Source: an uncultured Candidatus Saccharibacteria bacterium
Lineage (GTDB): Bacteria; Patescibacteriota; WWE3; UBA101185; UBA10185
Direction of reading: 5' to 3'
Assembly: GCA_964385105.1 (NCBI GenBank)
Contig: CAYLMU010000001.1
Coordinates: 369,936-433,935 of the forward strand
Length of the DNA: 64,000 bases
Shown in pieces: positions 58,933 to 64,000 of the stretch (positions are counted from its first letter, which is position 1; each line of letters begins with the position of its first letter). The notes below the pieces were generated by a model that ran no database searches, was not told the origin of the DNA, and saw only the letters and a program-made list of their open reading frames with translations. Made by a program: the position numbers and the translations under genes.

Positions 58933-58966
58933 AAGCCTCCGGGTAAAACCGGGGGCTTTTTGTTTT
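58933..58966 (+). terminator. Leader (attenuator) intrinsic terminator
   Basis: AAGCCTCCGG-gtaaaa-CCGGGGGCTT followed by TTTGTTTT; lies between the promoter and the gene. Confidence 0.8.
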
Positions 58967-59064
58967 GCACGTTAAAAAGTTAATTGATAGAGCCGTTAAG
59001 AATTTCAAATTTATTTTGGAGTTTTTTGTGGCTCTATTGATAAATAACTAAAAGGAGATTTGAG

Positions 59065-60357
59065 ATGAGTAAGGTTGTATCGCTTTTACCTGAGTATGAA
59101 GAAGAAATACTGAATTTAAGTGGGTATACATTATATTCTTTTCGGAGTTTACTTGGAGGTGATAATCAGAGTTACACTTTGCTGCCGCAAACGAGTTTTG
59201 GAGTAAACTTACCAGAAATTGAGTACCTACACGAATTAGGTTTTTGCGGCCCTGTTGAAAGAGCTTTGCATTTGCCGGGAGTGTCTATTATGCCTCAACA
59301 AAGAATCTTTGAGCCTCAAAATTCAGCTTTGCTGGAAAAGTTACGCAAAGACGGTGTAGGTATTGAGTGTGTTGATTTGCGAAGTAATAATGCAAGGTTG
59401 GCAGTAGAACTTGGAGTTATGACTAAAGATTTTGCACGGCTTCAAACTTTACTAACTGAAACAGCAGATGACAAGCTTTGGTTGCGTACAACAGCAGAAA
59501 GTTTGGGTTTAAGTCATCATTTGGTGCCCGGGGGTTGTGCAAGGTCATTAAGTGAGTTGAAAGAACTTTTTGACTGCTATATTCAACTAACAGGGCAAGT
59601 GGTATTTTTGGATAACCCAAGATTAGGAGGTGGTGTAGGATTTCATAAAGTTAAGAGTTGGGAACAATTGCTTAAACTTTTAAGTAATTTGGAATGGGGT
59701 GAGAAATTTCCACATGAGGTTTTGTTAACTTCTTACGTAGAAAAATGGTCAAGCCCTTCGATTCAATGGGATTGCAGATCTGCAACAGGACCGGAACTTG
59801 TTGGAATCACAATGCAACTCTTAAACGGGGATTTTGACCACGCAGGAAATTCCATTCCTTCAGGGCTTAGCAAAGAGCAGGAAAACGCCATAATTAACAT
59901 TACACGACCATTTGCGCAACATCTGCATGCTATTGGTTTTAGATGGGTTGCGGGTTTTGACCTGATTCATTCAAAACTTGAAAATCCTACACCAAATGGA
60001 ACCAATTTTTACGTGCAAGAATGTAATCCGAGGCATGTTGCTCCGTTTTATGCCCGCAAAGTGCAAAAACAACTGCAACATACAGGCCCAGCTTTAATGT
60101 TGAATGTGAAGCCAAGTATACCGACAACTCCAAAGGCAGTGCATAACTTACTAAAAACCAAAGGTTTGTTGTTTGGTAGATGTACTGAAGGTTGCGTAGT
60201 ACCTTATATGACCACATCCTCACAGATGAAAAATCCTAAGTTTGCGGTAGTAGTGTTGGGATCTACTCTTCAAGAGGCAAAAAGCACTGCGACGGCGGTA
60301 AAAAGGTCATTTGGCGACGAATCAAACGTTATGTACAGCTTTGAAGTTTATCAATAG
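59065..60357 (+). CDS. Divergent ATP-grasp fold protein (PGM1/pre-ATP-grasp-like)
   Basis: DDK.WLR..A..LG...VPGG, GGGVG, SPSIQ, GFDLI, ECNPRH; SD AAAGGAG. Confidence 0.65.
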   Translation: MSKVVSLLPEYEEEILNLSGYTLYSFRSLLGGDNQSYTLLPQTSFGVNLPEIEYLHELGFCGPVERALHLPGVSIMPQQRIFEPQNSALLEKLRKDGVGIECVDLRSNNARLAVELGVMTKDFARLQTLLTETADDKLWLRTTAESLGLSHHLVPGGCARSLSELKELFDCYIQLTGQVVFLDNPRLGGGVGFHKVKSWEQLLKLLSNLEWGEKFPHEVLLTSYVEKWSSPSIQWDCRSATGPELVGITMQLLNGDFDHAGNSIPSGLSKEQENAIINITRPFAQHLHAIGFRWVAGFDLIHSKLENPTPNGTNFYVQECNPRHVAPFYARKVQKQLQHTGPALMLNVKPSIPTTPKAVHNLLKTKGLLFGRCTEGCVVPYMTTSSQMKNPKFAVVVLGSTLQEAKSTATAVKRSFGDESNVMYSFEVYQ

Positions 60358-60372
60358 AGTAATGGAAGTTTT

Positions 60373-60414
60373 GCAAGCACAGCTTTATGTATTTAGGTTG
60401 TGCTTGCTCTCTTT
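60373..60414 (+). terminator. Hairpin, probable terminator after the ATP-grasp gene
   Basis: GCAAGCACAGCTT / AGGTTGTGCTTGC 13-bp stem followed by TCTCTTT. Confidence 0.6.
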
Positions 60415-60442
60415 AAAGTTAATTGTTTAAGATTAGGAAAAT

Positions 60443-61165
60443 ATGAAAAAAATATTATTAATTCAATTTCGTGATGATGTGACACAAGAGCATGAAGTAA
60501 AATGCTTTTTAAACAAGCTTAAAATAAACGAATCTGAATTAAAGGTTTTAAATGCAATATTAGATAATTTTGAATATGAGCCTGAAGTTTTATTACAGGA
60601 TGTTGGTGCTGTGATCTTTGGCGGGTCAGGGCAGTATGATTTGTCACTAAATCAAGAACCAATAATTAAAGCTTTTAATAACACAAAAAAACTTGTTGAT
60701 TACATTTTAAAAAATGACTTTCCTACATTGGGAATTTGTTTTGGGCATCAGCTGCTGTCGCAAAGACTGGGTGGTGTGGTTTTGCCTAATGAAAATATGC
60801 GTGAAACAGGCACTTTTGAAATTAGGTTGAATAATGAAGGAAAATCAGACAAACTATTTGGTGATTTAAAAGAAACCTTTTTAGTACAAGAAGGTCATAA
60901 AGAAAGCGTTACAAATATTCCGTCTGACGTGGTTTTGCTTGGTAGTAGTGAAAGGTGTGAAACTCAAATATTCCGCTACAAAAATAATATATATACAGCT
61001 CAATTTCATCCTGAGTTAACAAAAGAAGACATAAAATATAGATTGAGCCTATTTCCCACGTACTCGCAAGGAAAAAACATTGAAGAAGCCACAAAAGACA
61101 TAAAAGAGACTCCCGAAGCTGAAAAAGTATTGCAAAAATTTGTGAGCCTATATTTGAGTTCGTAA
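60443..61165 (+). CDS. Type 1 glutamine amidotransferase (stand-alone GuaA-like)
   Basis: GGS, LGICFGHQ (Cys), H.E.V, QFHPE (His-Glu). Confidence 0.9.
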   Translation: MKKILLIQFRDDVTQEHEVKCFLNKLKINESELKVLNAILDNFEYEPEVLLQDVGAVIFGGSGQYDLSLNQEPIIKAFNNTKKLVDYILKNDFPTLGICFGHQLLSQRLGGVVLPNENMRETGTFEIRLNNEGKSDKLFGDLKETFLVQEGHKESVTNIPSDVVLLGSSERCETQIFRYKNNIYTAQFHPELTKEDIKYRLSLFPTYSQGKNIEEATKDIKETPEAEKVLQKFVSLYLSS

Positions 61166-61191
61166 ATGAACTATAATCTATAGTAAAGGTT

Positions 61192-61578
61192 ATGGATAAT
61201 AAAGAGAACAAAAAACCACAAGACAATTCTCAGAATAATCAGCAGAATAATGGTGATATTGACTATAGAGACCCGCCAAAACCAAAAAAACAGCCTAAAA
61301 TAGATAAGATGGGGCTTGAAGTAACAAAAAATCCAAGAGATGTTTCAGGTGCGGGCAAAAAAGTTGCTATGCTTTTGCTAATTTTAGGGTCATTGGCACT
61401 ACTTTTTGGCTCTGCATACGTTATTTTCACGACTATGAACAAAAACATGCAAAATAATACAGAACTAGATAATCAGGTTAACAATGTAATAGATGAAAAT
61501 AATGCTCACCAGTCAACTCAATCACCTGAGATTTATTCCGTTTTTGGTGAATTACTAAGAAAATATGTCTCCTTTTAA
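61192..61578 (+). CDS. Hypothetical single-TM protein
   Basis: Low-complexity N-terminus, one hydrophobic helix. Confidence 0.55.
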   Translation: MDNKENKKPQDNSQNNQQNNGDIDYRDPPKPKKQPKIDKMGLEVTKNPRDVSGAGKKVAMLLLILGSLALLFGSAYVIFTTMNKNMQNNTELDNQVNNVIDENNAHQSTQSPEIYSVFGELLRKYVSF

Positions 61579-61963
61579 GAAAAAAGTAATAGATGCCGTC
61601 AAAATGGTTCCTTATGGACATGTTGCAAGTTACGGACAGATCGCCTTAATGGTAGGAGTGCCTCGTGGAGCAAGAATGGTTGGTCAAATATTAAATAGTA
61701 TGGAAGAAAATATTTTTGAAAGCCGTGAAAGCTTTCCGTGGTGGAGAATAGTAAATAATGCAGGTCGAGTTAGTATTAAAGGTACAAAGTATCATTCAGC
61801 TCAGATGCAAAAAACCAAGCTTGAAAGCGAAGGAATTTTTGTAAAAGATGATTTAACATTTGATATTGAGAAATATCGATATCGGCCTGATCCTGAAGAA
61901 ATAAGTAAATTACGGCTTGATGATGAAAGTGTGCAACAAATTATAGAAAAATACTTACTATAA
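61565..61963 (+). CDS. Alkyltransferase-like (ATL, YbaZ/Atl1-type) DNA-binding protein
   Basis: VPYG.VASYGQIA, ARMVG, PWWRIVN (Trp in place of the MGMT catalytic Cys). Confidence 0.88.
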   Translation: MSPFKKKVIDAVKMVPYGHVASYGQIALMVGVPRGARMVGQILNSMEENIFESRESFPWWRIVNNAGRVSIKGTKYHSAQMQKTKLESEGIFVKDDLTFDIEKYRYRPDPEEISKLRLDDESVQQIIEKYLL

Positions 61964-62004
61964 ATATTTACAATAAGGGTTGGAATTTATTATACTAGGT
62001 ATTA

Positions 62005-62745
62005 ATGCCCAAAAATTCAAAAAGCTATACATTTTATACTTTGCACATTCCGGTATTATTTTTCATTTTAGCTTTAACACTTGTATTAAGCTTTGTTATG
62101 CGTCCTAAGGAAGACACAGCTGCAGTTGAATTGCCATATGCCATGATTCATGAGGAAGAAGTTTTAGGCTCAAATACCTCAATAATTAGTGAGGGGGGTA
62201 AGACTTCTGAAGTAACAAAAGAAGTAGTTGGAGACAGAGTAATAATTAGAATGAAAATATATGATTCCAGTGGGAATTTGAAAAGAGAAAAAGTGACTGA
62301 AAATCCTGTTAAACCGACACAAAATGAAAAGATTGAAAAAATTTCGCCAAGAATACCCGAGAGACCCGAGTCTACCGAAACACCAGGTCAACGGGAACTT
62401 CCTGCTAACACCTTTTCAAGATTTCCAATAAGAGTTAATGAAGAGACAGGAGCTTTTTACATACAAACTCGTGAAAGAATGGTTGAGCTTGGTGCAATGC
62501 CCGATTCAATTGCAGAAAAGGCTATAGCAGATGGTTCGTTAGACGAGATTGGCAATGTTCGTATTGATTCTGTAGATGACCGAGATCCCGTGTTTATTGT
62601 TGAAGGAACTCGTCAGAGAAGATTTTTGAGAATGTTTCCGGTACGTGTTAATGTTCGGGAAACTTATGATGTTGAAACAAGTGAAAAAAATACTATGGAG
62701 CTTGTGTCATTTAGAGATAAAGTTATCAACTTTTTGAGTTTTTAA
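62005..62745 (+). CDS. Hypothetical membrane-anchored protein
   Basis: N-terminal TM, VLG motif; no family recognised. Confidence 0.6.
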   Translation: MPKNSKSYTFYTLHIPVLFFILALTLVLSFVMRPKEDTAAVELPYAMIHEEEVLGSNTSIISEGGKTSEVTKEVVGDRVIIRMKIYDSSGNLKREKVTENPVKPTQNEKIEKISPRIPERPESTETPGQRELPANTFSRFPIRVNEETGAFYIQTRERMVELGAMPDSIAEKAIADGSLDEIGNVRIDSVDDRDPVFIVEGTRQRRFLRMFPVRVNVRETYDVETSEKNTMELVSFRDKVINFLSF

Positions 62746-63376
62746 GTTTTAAGCTTATATAGTAGGTAAAAATTCCGCCGACAATTATTAATGAGCTTAA
62801 CCAAATCATAACTCCCGCTGCACTTGAGAAATCTACATTTCTGAAAATATAAAATTGAGCAATAAGACGAACCGGATTAACAAATATATTTATCAGCATG
62901 TAAGTTTTAAATCTCATAGTAGTTAGACCGAATGCATATGACACAACTTCAAACAACGGAAATCCTATTAGACGGGCAATAATTAAGATATTAATTCCTT
63001 CGAGCTGTGCAAGCTTGTCTATTTCTTTAAGTGACTTTTCTCCGACCAACTTTTTTACTCTTTTTCTTCCATACTTTCGACTTATTTGGAAATTTATGGC
63101 CGAACTAAGCACACTGGCAATGTAAACACTAATTAATGTATTAAAATACCCAAAAAGAGTTATACCCAGTAAAATTCCCGGAGTTCCGGCTATAGGTGCA
63201 AAAATATGAGAAATTAATGTATAAAAAATAACAACAATTGGCCCTATAATTCCAAGACTTTCTGTGAATGTACGTATTTGTGGTGAATTTACCGAAGGCA
63301 GAAGTAAGGCAAGTACAACATACATTACCGCTAAAATTAAAAGCGCAGTTAAAATGTTATATAATTTTGTACTCAC
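62726..63376 (-). CDS. TVP38/VTT (DedA superfamily) membrane protein; start probably GTG at 63376
   Basis: Multi-TM; F.ISRKYGR, RLI..P.F..VSYAFGLT; TATAAT 6 nt before the GTG. Confidence 0.8.
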   Translation of the reverse strand: MSTKLYNILTALLILAVMYVVLALLLPSVNSPQIRTFTESLGIIGPIVVIFYTLISHIFAPIAGTPGILLGITLFGYFNTLISVYIASVLSSAINFQISRKYGRKRVKKLVGEKSLKEIDKLAQLEGINILIIARLIGFPLFEVVSYAFGLTTMRFKTYMLINIFVNPVRLIAQFYIFRNVDFSSAAGVMIWLSSLIIVGGIFTYYISLKLKNSKS

Positions 63377-63383
63377 ACTTGAA

Positions 63384-63998
63384 TTATAAAGTACGCCTTT
63401 CAATTGTGATAGCGACATTTATGCTTACATCAGAGTTAACAGGTCGAACATTTTCAGGCATCACAAGATTAATTGGAACAATGGCCGATTCTGTGAGATT
63501 TGAAACATCGATGTTTTCTGTGAAAATTTCAGCGGGGGGTGCTGTTCCTTCGGGAATCCAAAGTTCGACTGAAGTGGGTGTAATTGCCGTGTTTGTGATT
63601 TCTAGCTCGTTGTCAATTTCGCCGGATGTTACTATCGCAATTGGTACTTCAACCAAATAATATCTTGTAGCTGTTAATAAAAATGAAGTAGGTTCAAAAT
63701 CAATAAGTGTTAAGTTGCCCGGAATGTTAATATTTCTTCTAGCAACAGTTTTTTCGTTTATCCCGTTTTGCAAATCAGCTGCATCTACATTAACCTTAAA
63801 GTCATCAGCATCTATATCATTAAAGCTTGAATCACCTCTTCCGCTTACTTTAACACGTAATTCTTTGGGGCTGTAGCTTTGAACTATAGTCGATTCAGGT
63901 ACCTGATTTAAAGTAATGGGAACTGAGTAAGTTCTTTCAATTATTCCGGCCTGATAAGCTGTAAAAAACCAAATTATAATAGAGAATGCTAAAGCTCC
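63384..63998 (-). CDS. YbbR/CdaR-like domain protein, 5' end outside the window
   Basis: Frame open to the window end: TM (LAFSIIIWFF), then two repeats like VPI..P..V.V.V.G....D...L. Confidence 0.7.
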   Translation of the reverse strand, partial: GALAFSIIIWFFTAYQAGIIERTYSVPITLNQVPESTIVQSYSPKELRVKVSGRGDSSFNDIDADDFKVNVDAADLQNGINEKTVARRNINIPGNLTLIDFEPTSFLLTATRYYLVEVPIAIVTSGEIDNELEITNTAITPTSVELWIPEGTAPPAEIFTENIDVSNLTESAIVPINLVMPENVRPVNSDVSINVAITIERRTL

Positions 63999-64000
63999 TA

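Noticed and set aside
121-63660. Many 60-140 aa ORFs antisense to or nested in long genes in the ORF track
   Set aside because: Shadow ORFs of well-supported genes, with no motifs or start signals.
1-64000. CRISPR array, rRNA, integrase/transposase or prophage
   Set aside because: No regularly spaced repeats, rRNA-like tracts or mobile-element ORFs were seen. The holin-like gene sits in a housekeeping context.

Overview
AT-rich, gene-dense bacterial chromosome segment, standard genetic code. It is most consistent with a Patescibacteria/CPR genome, possibly Microgenomates-group or WWE3 (inferred from the shortened MurG G-loop, truncated UvrC and direct-repeat LexA boxes). Content is mostly housekeeping: pmm/pgm-ppsA-eno and gpm; lexA/uvrB, a class A PBP, uvrA and uvrC; secG-murA-mraY-ftsW-murG-ftsQAZ; B12-dependent nrdJ with a PduO-type adenosyltransferase; ileS; rplU-rpmA; a glycan/surface cluster; four tRNAs (Thr-CGT, Gly-CCC, Asp-GTC, Lys-TTT); polX, lemA-htpX, gatC-gatA-X-gatB, a Klenow-only PolA, a ClpE/C-type ATPase and rplS. 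An accessory region follows tRNA-Lys. No rRNA, CRISPR array, integrase or transposase was seen. The most notable signals are: (1) a self-contained module of promoter, 30-aa leader peptide (ending RAGGM), antiterminator/terminator, long hairpin and a divergent ATP-grasp gene; (2) a ~100-nt inverted repeat able to fold back onto the 3' half of tRNA-Lys, ahead of a cluster of small enzymes; (3) an RxxxxH (HEPN-like) protein inside the gatCAB operon; (4) a TWYGG-N6-TTYGG LexA regulon; (5) widespread leaderless gene starts; (6) unannotated microproteins. All product calls come from reading motifs by eye, not from database searches.
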